This document shows positions 50,236 to 59,559 of a stretch of DNA of 64,000 nt, piece by piece. Position 1 is the first letter of the stretch, and each line of letters begins with the position of its first letter. Both the position numbers and the translations under genes were made by a program. Origin of the DNA: a bacterium UBP8_UBA817 (lineage in GTDB: Bacteria; Margulisbacteria; Marinamargulisbacteria; SXXA01; SICP01). The notes under the pieces were generated by a model that saw only the letters and a list, made by a program, of their open reading frames with translations, was not told the origin of the DNA and made no database searches. The stretch is from positions 19,231-83,230 of the forward strand of contig CAMDGG010000002.1 in NCBI GenBank assembly GCA_945898045.1. The letters are read 5' to 3'.

Positions 50236-51198
50236 CTAAAATGTTAACCCAGGCATATACTTACTTGGATGGAGAGTTCTTTCAATTTCATCCAAGTACT
50301 TTTTTAAAATAAATTGAGCCAAGTTTTGTGAAGTAAATTCCCTATTATTTTTAGAGTCTGATTGCCAAACATATTGCTCTGAATCACTTAAAAAAAAGTC
50401 GAATTCAAAACTTTCATCCACAACAGGATCACCATAGCGGCCCTGTCTTATACCGCCCTTCCAAAACTCTATTTTCAATTTTGATTTCTCAAGAGTGTTA
50501 AGATAGTTATGCATCCAAGTGACGCCTAAAGAGCAATAATTCAAACAAATTATTTGCAAATTATTTTCAGCGTGTTTGCTGTTTATTGTAACATCAACAC
50601 TAAGTGAAACGTCAGACTGCCATTGGGTAATAAATTCATTTTTTAACTTTTGAAATTCTGCATTTGCAGCGTTTACTCCATCTATTGAATTTCGCAATCT
50701 CTCTCTTATAAATTTGAGATTCATTGCACGATCCAAACGTTTTGATCGATCCTCCAGAGATTCTTCCCTAACCTCTCCCCCAAGCCTCTGGATATTCGCC
50801 TCAATAACCCCCACAGCTCTTTCAAGACCAAACCTCTTTAAATTAACCCATAGTTTATTGTTTGGGACCCACTTAGGAACAGAAGACAACTCATCCAAGG
50901 GCATAAAAATCACAAAATCAAACCCGTGATCATGGGCTCGATTACGAATAGCCGTTTCTTCGATACGAGTCCAAGACGTTTGTCCCCATTCCTTTCTATA
51001 CAAAACTATTACTAAGCGAGATTCCTCTCCAAAAACCGCATTAAAAAGCTTCTCTCCATCACCGCCAGCAAGATCTTCTTGTCGTTTCGAATAATGAAAA
51101 ACCATATACCTATCTTGCAAAAGATCCGCAAGTTTAGTGGCTAAAGATTCATCCTCAGCTAAAAAGGAAAATGCAATATCATACTTATATTCCGTCAC
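50236..51198 (-). CDS. TIR-domain protein with a ~180 aa uncharacterised C-terminal domain
   Basis: N-terminus KYDIAFSFLAEDESLATKLADLL...VF matches the bacterial TIR start (YDVFISY..ED). A candidate catalytic Glu lies in EESRLVIVLYRKEW. Confidence 0.6.
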   Translation of the reverse strand: MTEYKYDIAFSFLAEDESLATKLADLLQDRYMVFHYSKRQEDLAGGDGEKLFNAVFGEESRLVIVLYRKEWGQTSWTRIEETAIRNRAHDHGFDFVIFMPLDELSSVPKWVPNNKLWVNLKRFGLERAVGVIEANIQRLGGEVREESLEDRSKRLDRAMNLKFIRERLRNSIDGVNAANAEFQKLKNEFITQWQSDVSLSVDVTINSKHAENNLQIICLNYCSLGVTWMHNYLNTLEKSKLKIEFWKGGIRQGRYGDPVVDESFEFDFFLSDSEQYVWQSDSKNNREFTSQNLAQFILKKYLDEIERTLHPSKYMPGLTF

Positions 51199-51830
51199 TA
51201 CTTCACCTCAGGCCGCAACCACAAACTAATCGATAACAACCGAGGCAAAAACGAAACAGTCGCTTTCTCTGGTGCCAGAAAAACCTGTTTCGTTTTACCA
51301 TCGGGCATCGGCACCAAGACGGCAGATTTCATCAACTGAGGCCCTGCAAAAATCAAAGGCTTTTTGTAAAACGTCGCCATATCCAAACGCGCAAAATTAA
51401 TCCGTTGTCCCAACACATCAAAATACAAATCTACAAACGCATTCTTCGGCGAAAGTTGTATCAAATTCTGAGCCACATTATACGTCACGACCAAAGACCC
51501 TTTCGCTTCACTATTAGTTCCCAATAATCCCATATTTACCGCAACATTCGCCGTAAAAAAAGCGTCGTTATTCAAAAACTGAATCTTAGGATTTTTAACC
51601 GTCCAATGCGCCTTACCAGACAACATCGGAACATTCACAGTCGTCGATCCAGAAATCGGCCCCATCGCAGATAACAGGGCATTCACTAGCGTTTCATCCA
51701 CCGAAAACACAACCGATGGAGGTCTTGAAATGGGTTGCACAACCAAACTATTGGCAGTTGGCATAATAATTTGGCCATAGGTACCAACCGAAAAAATAGT
51801 CAGACTTAGGATAAGTAAAAGTTTTCTCAC
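51198..51830 (-). CDS. Hypothetical secreted protein or lipoprotein
   Basis: Signal peptide MRKLLLILSLTIFSVGTYGQ. Abuts the valS stop and shares a start/stop overlap with the TIR gene. Confidence 0.45.
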   Translation of the reverse strand: MRKLLLILSLTIFSVGTYGQIIMPTANSLVVQPISRPPSVVFSVDETLVNALLSAMGPISGSTTVNVPMLSGKAHWTVKNPKIQFLNNDAFFTANVAVNMGLLGTNSEAKGSLVVTYNVAQNLIQLSPKNAFVDLYFDVLGQRINFARLDMATFYKKPLIFAGPQLMKSAVLVPMPDGKTKQVFLAPEKATVSFLPRLLSISLWLRPEVK

Positions 51831-54391
51831 AACTCTACAATCACATCCAATTCAGAAGTAGAAACAACCATCTCATACACTTCAACCACACCCGCCAAAA
51901 CAACATCTCCCATCGCAAGAAACACCCTATCTAACGCATCCTGCGAGCCAGAAATAGTCAATTTTTTCACGGGATATTTCAAACTTTGTTTGTTTTCAGA
52001 TTTAGCACCGCGAATTTCACCCATCACGAAAGCCGCAGAGTCCATAACAAGCGACAACACATCCGACGAAACCCCAGACCATTCCGATACACTTGGCCAA
52101 CTCGCCCGATGTATCGACCCGCCATCCGAAAACCGCCAAGACCAAATCTCTTCAGTCACATACGGTAAAAACGGAGCAAATAATCGCAAAAATAATCGCA
52201 ACGCTTCCTGCAACGTCGCAAGAGCAGACAACCGTTTTGCTTCGTCCGTCTCACGATATGCCCGCACTTTTACTAACTCAATATACTGATCACAAAAATA
52301 CCAAAATCCAGACTCCGACAACTCCAAACACGCCGCATAATCCAGCGTCTCAAAAGCCCGCGTTGCCTTAATAACCAATTCCCGTAATTTTTGCAAATAC
52401 GCCACATCCACCGGCTGCGTAATCTGATCCGCAGTCGGCTTTTCATCCCCCAACTGCAACATCACAAACTTACTCGCATTAAACAATTTCGTCGCAAGCT
52501 TCTGACCCATCTGAAAAATCGTTTCTTCAAACGCTGTATCCACGCCCAACCGCGCCCGTGTCGCCCAATACCGCACAGCATCCGACGAATACTGATCCAA
52601 CAACGCATTCGGCGTGACAACATTCCCTTTTGACTTACTCATTTTTTTACGATCTGGATCCAACACCCAGCCACTAATCACCACATGTTTCCAAGGAATT
52701 TCCTGATGATGCATCCACGCTTTCGTAATCGTATAAAACGCCCACGTCCGAATAATCTCATGCGACTGCGGACGAATATCCATCGGGAAAATTTTGGCGT
52801 GTCGATCGTTATTCGGCCACTGACTCGCTATCTGAGGGGTCAACGACGACGTCGCCCATGTATCCATTACATCCGGATCACCCATAAACCCATTAGGCTT
52901 CCCACGTTGGTCTTCTGTAAACCCATCTGGCACATCCGACATTGGATCAACCGGAAGCTGCTCTTCACGCGCAAAAATCGGCTTTGCATAATCCGGATTT
53001 CCCAACGCATCCATCGGATACCAAACCGGAAACGACACCCCAAAAAACCGCTGACGACTAATACACCAATCTTGATTCAATCCCTCTACCCAATTCTGAT
53101 ATCGGGCCTTCATAAAACTAGGATGCCATTCAATCTTATCGCCCTGTTTCACAAGCGCTTCTTTATGCTCCAAAATCCGCACAAACCATTGGCGCGTCTT
53201 CATAAACTCAAGCGGAGAATCTCCCTTTTCATAAAACTTTACGGGGTGCTCAATGATCTCCAAAGGCTGCATCATTGCACCAGATTCCGCCAACAACTCA
53301 GCAATTTTCGTCTGTGCTTGCTTCACCCGAAGACCTTCTAAAGGCGCATACCACTTGGCAGCTGTTTCTGCGTCTACACTTTCAAACGGTGCCTGCGTAA
53401 AATCAACGGGCAACATGCGACCATTCGCACCAATCACCTGCTTAATCGGCAAAGACTGTTGCTTCCACCACGCAACGTCCGCGGCATCTCCAAACGTACA
53501 TACCATCAAAATCCCACTACCCTTTTCAGGATCAGCATGAGTCGATGCCAAAATAGGAACACGCGCACCAAATAACGGCGTAACCGCAAACTTTCCAAAT
53601 AAGTCTTTATATCGGACATCATCCGGATGCGCCACAACCGCAATACAAGCGGGCAACAATTCTGGACGCGTCGTCGCAATCATAAAATCACCACCGTGTT
53701 CCACGTGAAACTGCACATGATGATACGCCCCAGGACGTGGCCGATCTTCTACTTCAGCCTGGGCAACCGCCGTCCGAAAATCCACATCCCACATCGTCGG
53801 AGATTCCACCTGATATACAAACCCTTTCTTAGCCATTTCCAAAAACGAATACTGGCTCACACGCTGACAATGCCGATCAATCGTCGCATATTGCAACGAC
53901 CAATCCACCGACAATCCCAACTGTCGCCACATCGACTCAAACGCCTGCTCATCTTCGGCAGTTAAAATCCGACACGCATCAATAAAATTACGACGAGACA
54001 CCGGCACTAGCGGCCCATCTTTCACACGTTTTTCAGGCATCCAAGCCGGCTCATAAGCCAACGTCGGATCGCACGTAATCCCAAAAACATTCTGCACCCG
54101 ACGCTCTGTCGGCAATCCATTATCATCCCAACCCATCGGATAAAAAACCGACTTTCCACACATACGCTGATACCGCGCCAACACGTCCGTCTGCGTATAA
54201 CTAAATACATGTCCCACATGCAACGATCCCGAAACAGTAGGCGGCGGTGTATCTACCGAAAACGTATTCTCACGATCCGCACTAGAATCCCATTTATATA
54301 CATCAGACTCATCCCAAACTTGTTGCCATTTTTTTTCAATCGAACCATGTTCATAACGCGCAGGTAATTCAGTCATAATAATCCTCTTCAA
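51827..54391 (-). CDS. valS: Valine--tRNA ligase (archaeal or short type)
   Basis: Class I HIGH motif SGSLHVGH, KMSKS motif, YPMGWDDNGLPTE, 854 aa. Confidence 0.75.
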   Translation of the reverse strand: MKRIIMTELPARYEHGSIEKKWQQVWDESDVYKWDSSADRENTFSVDTPPPTVSGSLHVGHVFSYTQTDVLARYQRMCGKSVFYPMGWDDNGLPTERRVQNVFGITCDPTLAYEPAWMPEKRVKDGPLVPVSRRNFIDACRILTAEDEQAFESMWRQLGLSVDWSLQYATIDRHCQRVSQYSFLEMAKKGFVYQVESPTMWDVDFRTAVAQAEVEDRPRPGAYHHVQFHVEHGGDFMIATTRPELLPACIAVVAHPDDVRYKDLFGKFAVTPLFGARVPILASTHADPEKGSGILMVCTFGDAADVAWWKQQSLPIKQVIGANGRMLPVDFTQAPFESVDAETAAKWYAPLEGLRVKQAQTKIAELLAESGAMMQPLEIIEHPVKFYEKGDSPLEFMKTRQWFVRILEHKEALVKQGDKIEWHPSFMKARYQNWVEGLNQDWCISRQRFFGVSFPVWYPMDALGNPDYAKPIFAREEQLPVDPMSDVPDGFTEDQRGKPNGFMGDPDVMDTWATSSLTPQIASQWPNNDRHAKIFPMDIRPQSHEIIRTWAFYTITKAWMHHQEIPWKHVVISGWVLDPDRKKMSKSKGNVVTPNALLDQYSSDAVRYWATRARLGVDTAFEETIFQMGQKLATKLFNASKFVMLQLGDEKPTADQITQPVDVAYLQKLRELVIKATRAFETLDYAACLELSESGFWYFCDQYIELVKVRAYRETDEAKRLSALATLQEALRLFLRLFAPFLPYVTEEIWSWRFSDGGSIHRASWPSVSEWSGVSSDVLSLVMDSAAFVMGEIRGAKSENKQSLKYPVKKLTISGSQDALDRVFLAMGDVVLAGVVEVYEMVVSTSELDVIVEL

Positions 54392-54465
54392 CTCAAAAAT
54401 TGATACGTCATCTTATTGTGACTGAGTAATTTCTTCAAATAAAAAGCACTTTCAGAATATGGAAT

Positions 54466-55833
54466 TTGCCAGAACACATATGGACAAAACATATTAAAAT
54501 GCCATTTTATGAGAAAAAAATTCATTTTTATAAATTTAGTGATATAATCCAGCCCATGTTAGTAGAATTCTCAGCGAAAAACTTTAGATCCATCAACGAA
54601 AAACAAACTATATCCTTTTTACCGGTTAAGGCCAAAAGCTCTGGGATAGAAAAAGGTGAGCTCCCAAATAATATCACTTCAGAAAGTATCCCACTTCTTA
54701 AAACTATCATTCTTTTCGGAAAAAATGCTTCCGGAAAAAGCAACCTACTAAAAGCCATCCGGCGACTACAAATATTAGTTATACAATCTGGGTCAATTTC
54801 ACCAGAAACAAAAATACCTTACGACCCATTTAAACTTGATAAAAACAAAACAAATGAATCTACAACTTTCGAAATTAAATTTCTCATTAAAGAAACTGTT
54901 TTTAGATATAAAATTGTCTTCAATCAAACGCAATTTTTACTAGAAGAACTATACAGCAACAAAGCCAAATTATTTGTGCGTCACCATGGAAAAACCATCA
55001 ATTTTGGACCGTCTCTACATGGACCAAAAAAAGCCATTGAAAAATTAACTGGGGAAAACCAACTATTTTTGTCAAAAGCCGGAACAAACAATTTTGAGGA
55101 ATTTAAAGAAATTTATCATTTTCTAACCTCTATCAATATCCGAATAAATATTTCAGACGAGATCCATAAAAGCTGGGATTACTACCTCGATAACTTAGCT
55201 AAAGCAATACCACAAAAAACGGCAGAACAATTTATTATCAATATATTAAAAGCTGCCGACGTAGGCATTGAATCTTTCGGTTATAAAAAAAGAGAAGAAA
55301 AAGAGTTTAAATTCCCAGAAGGAATGCCTGAAGATATAAAAGAGACCATCCTTTCTCAAAACAGACTAGCCTTAAAAACAATTCACAAAAGATTCGCAAA
55401 CGGGGACGAAGAAGACACGACGGATTTTGCAATAGAAGAAGAATCTGACGGAACACTCATGTTCCTAAAAACTACCATAAGAACTCTAATTAGTATTTCT
55501 ACAGGCTCCCCATTAATAATCGATGAACTTGACATCAATTTACATCCAAAGTTAGTTGAAGTTATTCTCGATCTATTTCATAGCCAAAACAACAAAAATG
55601 GCCAGTTAATATTTACAACACACAACACATTGTTTTTATCAAAAAAATATTTTCGTAGAGATCAAATATATTTCGCAGACAAAGAAGAAAATGGTTCCAG
55701 TGAATTCTATTCTTTAGCAGCAATTGAAGGCATTCGCCCAGACGCCCCTTACGACAAATGGTATATGAGCGGGAAGTTTGGTGCAGTACCTCTGACAAGC
55801 ATAGAAGAAATAACAAATAACTTCATTACATGA
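54466..55833 (+). CDS. AAA_21/AAA_15-type ATPase (AbiLi-like, OLD-family ATPase module). The likely true start is MLVEFSAKNFRSI at ~54556.
   Basis: Walker A FGKNASGKSNLL; C-terminal Walker B LIIDELDINLHP; conserved N-terminal NFRS motif. Confidence 0.7.
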   Translation: MPEHIWTKHIKMPFYEKKIHFYKFSDIIQPMLVEFSAKNFRSINEKQTISFLPVKAKSSGIEKGELPNNITSESIPLLKTIILFGKNASGKSNLLKAIRRLQILVIQSGSISPETKIPYDPFKLDKNKTNESTTFEIKFLIKETVFRYKIVFNQTQFLLEELYSNKAKLFVRHHGKTINFGPSLHGPKKAIEKLTGENQLFLSKAGTNNFEEFKEIYHFLTSINIRINISDEIHKSWDYYLDNLAKAIPQKTAEQFIINILKAADVGIESFGYKKREEKEFKFPEGMPEDIKETILSQNRLALKTIHKRFANGDEEDTTDFAIEEESDGTLMFLKTTIRTLISISTGSPLIIDELDINLHPKLVEVILDLFHSQNNKNGQLIFTTHNTLFLSKKYFRRDQIYFADKEENGSSEFYSLAAIEGIRPDAPYDKWYMSGKFGAVPLTSIEEITNNFIT

Positions 55834-56405
55834 CCCAATATCGAAAAGAAAAAAAACGCCCCCTCAAGAAACAATTCCTAATATTATGCGAAGGCGAAAC
55901 AGAAGTTTTGTATTTTAAAACATTCAGAAAAGAAAACAGAGTTAAATTATCTGCAGTTGACGTTATTCCATACAAACCTATTAACCATGACCCAAATGGC
56001 CTTGTAGAACAAGCTATCAAAGAGAAAAAAAAAGGTGAGTACGAAAAAATCTGGGTTGTTTTTGATAGAGATTGCCATCACAAAATAGATACCGCTCAGA
56101 AAAAAGCGCAAGTAAATAAGATCAATATTGCATACTCAAACATATGCTTTGAATTTTGGATCTTGCTCCACTTTGAGGAAACTTCAAGAGCATTCAGAAG
56201 TAAAGACGAATTAGTCAAATACTTAAAAAAAGAACATAATCATGCAAAAGACATTAACCATTACGATAAATTAAAACCAAATATGAAATTGGCTATAGAA
56301 CGAGCTAAGAAACTAAAAAAAGAAAATCAAAAAACAACACTCACTTTCGAAACAAACCCACAAACTAATATTCACGAAATCATTACTGACCTTCTCGATT
56401 GTTAA
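55830..56405 (+). CDS. RloB-like protein (AbiLii-like, Toprim-related)
   Basis: N-terminal FLILCEGETEVLYF (the RloB ILIVCEGEKTEpnYF motif) and VVFDRD. Coupled to the ATPase gene (ATGA). Confidence 0.65.
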   Translation: MTQYRKEKKRPLKKQFLILCEGETEVLYFKTFRKENRVKLSAVDVIPYKPINHDPNGLVEQAIKEKKKGEYEKIWVVFDRDCHHKIDTAQKKAQVNKINIAYSNICFEFWILLHFEETSRAFRSKDELVKYLKKEHNHAKDINHYDKLKPNMKLAIERAKKLKKENQKTTLTFETNPQTNIHEIITDLLDC

Positions 56406-56408
56406 AAA

Positions 56409-57554
56409 ATGACTCTACAAAACCCCGCACATCTCCTACAAAATCTCGCCTACCAAAAAGGCATTAACTACGACCTATCCAACTTTCAAAAAACGCTCGC
56501 CTCTTTCAACAACCCACACCACGCACTCAAAAACATCATCCACATCGCCGGCACCAACGGCAAAGGCTCCACGCTCACCTTCATCTCCTCCGCGCTACAA
56601 GATCTAGGCTACACCGTCGGCACCTACACCTCCCCCCACATTCACTCGTATTGCGAGCGCATCCAAATTAATAACACGCCTATCTCCGAAAAAGACTTTT
56701 CTCGATTTTTCGAAAAAGCCAGAGAATCTAACGCCCTCCAAACAGAATTTGAAGTATTAACCTTAATGGCATTTCTCTATTTCCAAGAAAAAAATCCGGA
56801 CTACTGCATCATCGAAACCGGCCTCGGCGGTAGACTCGACGCAACCAACATCGTCACCCCCATCCTCTCCATTATCACCAAAATCGGCCTAGACCACGAA
56901 GCCATACTCGGCAACACCATCGAAAAAATCGCCACAGAAAAAGCAGGCATCCTCAAGCCCCCAATCCCCGCCATCACCATCCAACAAAATCCATCTGTAC
57001 TCGCTATTTTTAAAAAATCGCACCCCAACATCCAAATAATTCCGGCGCTTACAACCCTCCCAAAAAACCTCCACATGCAAGGCCTCTATCAAAAAGAAAA
57101 CCTAGCACTCGCCCAAGCCGCCCTAAATCACTTGCACCCAGACGCCAAACCGAACTTCCAAAAAGCTCACATCTGGGGACGATTCGAACGCAAAGAAATT
57201 AACGGTCAAAACTGGATCATCGACGCTGCCCACAACCCCGACGGCATCGACGCCCTCATCCAAACGCTAACCCACCACTACCCCAACCAAAAATTCACCT
57301 TCATCACCAGCATCCTAAAAACAAAAAATGCAGGCGAAATTCTCTCCCGTCTCGCACCCCACGCCCTATCTATCCACTACTGCTGTTTCGACCCCCAACT
57401 CGCCCACCATTACAAAGACATTCAATCTCTTGTCCCTCATCTAAAAATCAAAGAAATCGATCTCCAAAAAATCCCAAAAATCCCAATTAAAAATCCAGTG
57501 CTAACAGGCTCGATCTACTTCATTAGCCATGTTACTCTATACCTACTACCATGA
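56409..57554 (+). CDS. folC: Folylpolyglutamate synthase/dihydrofolate synthase
   Basis: P-loop IAGTNGKGST and Mur-ligase-family motifs. Confidence 0.85.
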   Translation: MTLQNPAHLLQNLAYQKGINYDLSNFQKTLASFNNPHHALKNIIHIAGTNGKGSTLTFISSALQDLGYTVGTYTSPHIHSYCERIQINNTPISEKDFSRFFEKARESNALQTEFEVLTLMAFLYFQEKNPDYCIIETGLGGRLDATNIVTPILSIITKIGLDHEAILGNTIEKIATEKAGILKPPIPAITIQQNPSVLAIFKKSHPNIQIIPALTTLPKNLHMQGLYQKENLALAQAALNHLHPDAKPNFQKAHIWGRFERKEINGQNWIIDAAHNPDGIDALIQTLTHHYPNQKFTFITSILKTKNAGEILSRLAPHALSIHYCCFDPQLAHHYKDIQSLVPHLKIKEIDLQKIPKIPIKNPVLTGSIYFISHVTLYLLP

Positions 57555-57847
57555 ACAAAAAGTCCAAACATATACGACGCTTTATTCTGACCTATGTTGT
57601 CATTGCTTTACTAGCCATTTTGGGTTTAAACGTCACGATAAAAACACTCGCAATCAATAAAAAGATGCTCGACACTCAAAAGCAAATCACGCTGATTAGA
57701 GACGAAAATAAAACGGCCCTTTTGCAGATTCTTGCAGAGACTTCATTAGATAAAATTGAAAGTGTAGCCACCGAAAAACTCCACATGGAACTACCTAAAA
57801 AAATCGACTACCTCTACATACTACCCAAAAAAAATGACCCCAAATAA
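57551..57847 (+). CDS. ftsL: FtsL-like cell-division protein
   Basis: Small bitopic protein with a single transmembrane segment and a coiled-coil, immediately upstream of ftsI. Confidence 0.55.
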   Translation: MNKKSKHIRRFILTYVVIALLAILGLNVTIKTLAINKKMLDTQKQITLIRDENKTALLQILAETSLDKIESVATEKLHMELPKKIDYLYILPKKNDPK

Positions 57848-59555
57848 AAACAGAGTTCAAGTCTACAAACTCGGCTTCGCGCTGATCATCTGCATCCTCA
57901 TCACACGCCTCGCTTTTCTACAAATTTTCAACCACGATTTTTATAAAAAAAAATCAGAAAGCGAACTCAATAAAATTGTTCAGATCTACCCCAATCGCGG
58001 CAATATTTACGATCAAAATAAAGTCCCGCTCGCCATTACGCGTACCGCCTATTCTGTCTATATGAATCGCAAAGAAATAGACGGCCCCGAAAAAACAGCC
58101 CAAACCCTCAGCACCTATCTCAAAATCCCCTATAGCGAACTCTATGCCAAAATAAATAGCAGAGGAAATTTCGTCTGGATTAAACGTAAAATTACTAAAG
58201 AAATCTATCAAGCACTCAGAAAAGAAGACTTAGAGGGCATCTATTTTGTCAAAGACGAAGAGCGCATCTACCCTTTCCAAAACATAGCCAGTGACATCCT
58301 CGGATATGTAGGAAACGACAACCAAGGCCTAGGCGGACTCGAACACTACTACGACAAAATCCTCAAAGGCACCCCCGGGAAAATTGCTTTCGAAGGCGAC
58401 GCCAGACGCAATAGACTCATCACCGGAAAACTAGAAACCCTCCAACATCCTTACGATGGTAGCCACATCATCACCACCCTCGACTACTACGTCCAATACG
58501 TCACACAGAAATACCTCAAAGAAAACGTCGTTAAAAACAGAGCCGATAAAGGCTCAGCCATCGTCATAGACATCAAAACCGGCGACATCCTAGCCATGTC
58601 CGACTACCCAGATTTCAACGCCAATAGCTGGAAAGAAAATGCCATCGGCACAAGAAAAAACAGCAGCGTCAGCGATGTTTATGAACCAGGCTCTATTTTC
58701 AAGCTCATCACGGTCTCAGCCGCCTTAAATGAAGGCCTCGTCAAACCAGACACCGTCATCACCGTTCCAGAAACACTCACGCTCTATAACCACACCATCA
58801 AAGAAGCACACCGTCGCCCTGCAGGACAAACTAATCAAAAAACTGTCTCGCAAATTATCGAAGAATCCCTCAATGTCGGCACGGCATTATTAGGTCAAAA
58901 ACTTGGCAAAGAAAAATTATATGCCTACATCAAAGCATTCGGCATTGGCAATAAAACCGGCGTAGAACTTCCGGGAGAATCCCAAGGCATGTTTAGACAA
59001 CTTAAAAACTGGAGCGGGCTTGACCTCTCCATTATGTCATTCGGACAAGGCGTCGCCGTCACCCCCATTCAAATCGCACGCGCCGTCGCCACCATCGCAA
59101 ACGACGGCATCTTAGTTGAGCCCCATATCGTGAAATACATCACCGATAGCGAAGAAAAAACCTTGCGGAGCCCCATAAAAGATCGTCCACAACGTATCAT
59201 CAGCAGCCAAACGGCCAAAGTCGTCACCAAAATCATGACCCAAACCGTTGATCAAGGCACCGGAATGATCACCAAAATAGACGGCTACAAAATTGCAGGT
59301 AAAACCGGAACCGCTCAAAAATCAGGCGGCCATGGCTATGAAATGGGCCGATACGTCGCCTCATTCATCGGCTTCTTCCCAGCAGAAAAACCCCGATTCC
59401 TCATACTCGTCTCCATCGACTCCCCCCGAGCCAGCATCTACGGCTCCAGCGTCGCGGGCCCAGCGTTTAGAGACATCGCAAAATCGCTCATCGACCACTA
59501 CAACATTCCGCCAAGCTATACACCGTCACCCAATCTAACCGCGAAAAAGCCCTAA
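57834..59555 (+). CDS. ftsI: Peptidoglycan D,D-transpeptidase (PBP3-type)
   Basis: Active-site SIFK (SxxK) and KTGTAQ (KTG) motifs; N-terminal transmembrane segment. Confidence 0.85.
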   Translation: MTPNKNRVQVYKLGFALIICILITRLAFLQIFNHDFYKKKSESELNKIVQIYPNRGNIYDQNKVPLAITRTAYSVYMNRKEIDGPEKTAQTLSTYLKIPYSELYAKINSRGNFVWIKRKITKEIYQALRKEDLEGIYFVKDEERIYPFQNIASDILGYVGNDNQGLGGLEHYYDKILKGTPGKIAFEGDARRNRLITGKLETLQHPYDGSHIITTLDYYVQYVTQKYLKENVVKNRADKGSAIVIDIKTGDILAMSDYPDFNANSWKENAIGTRKNSSVSDVYEPGSIFKLITVSAALNEGLVKPDTVITVPETLTLYNHTIKEAHRRPAGQTNQKTVSQIIEESLNVGTALLGQKLGKEKLYAYIKAFGIGNKTGVELPGESQGMFRQLKNWSGLDLSIMSFGQGVAVTPIQIARAVATIANDGILVEPHIVKYITDSEEKTLRSPIKDRPQRIISSQTAKVVTKIMTQTVDQGTGMITKIDGYKIAGKTGTAQKSGGHGYEMGRYVASFIGFFPAEKPRFLILVSIDSPRASIYGSSVAGPAFRDIAKSLIDHYNIPPSYTPSPNLTAKKP

Positions 59556-59559
59556 ACCA

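Noticed and set aside
52685-53341. 218 aa Arg/His-rich plus-strand ORF, and several similar ORFs (52391-52633, 53627-53965), inside valS
   Set aside because: They lie antisense to a well-supported valS CDS and have low-complexity R/H/P-rich composition typical of antisense frames in an AT-rich, C-skewed coding strand. Spurious.
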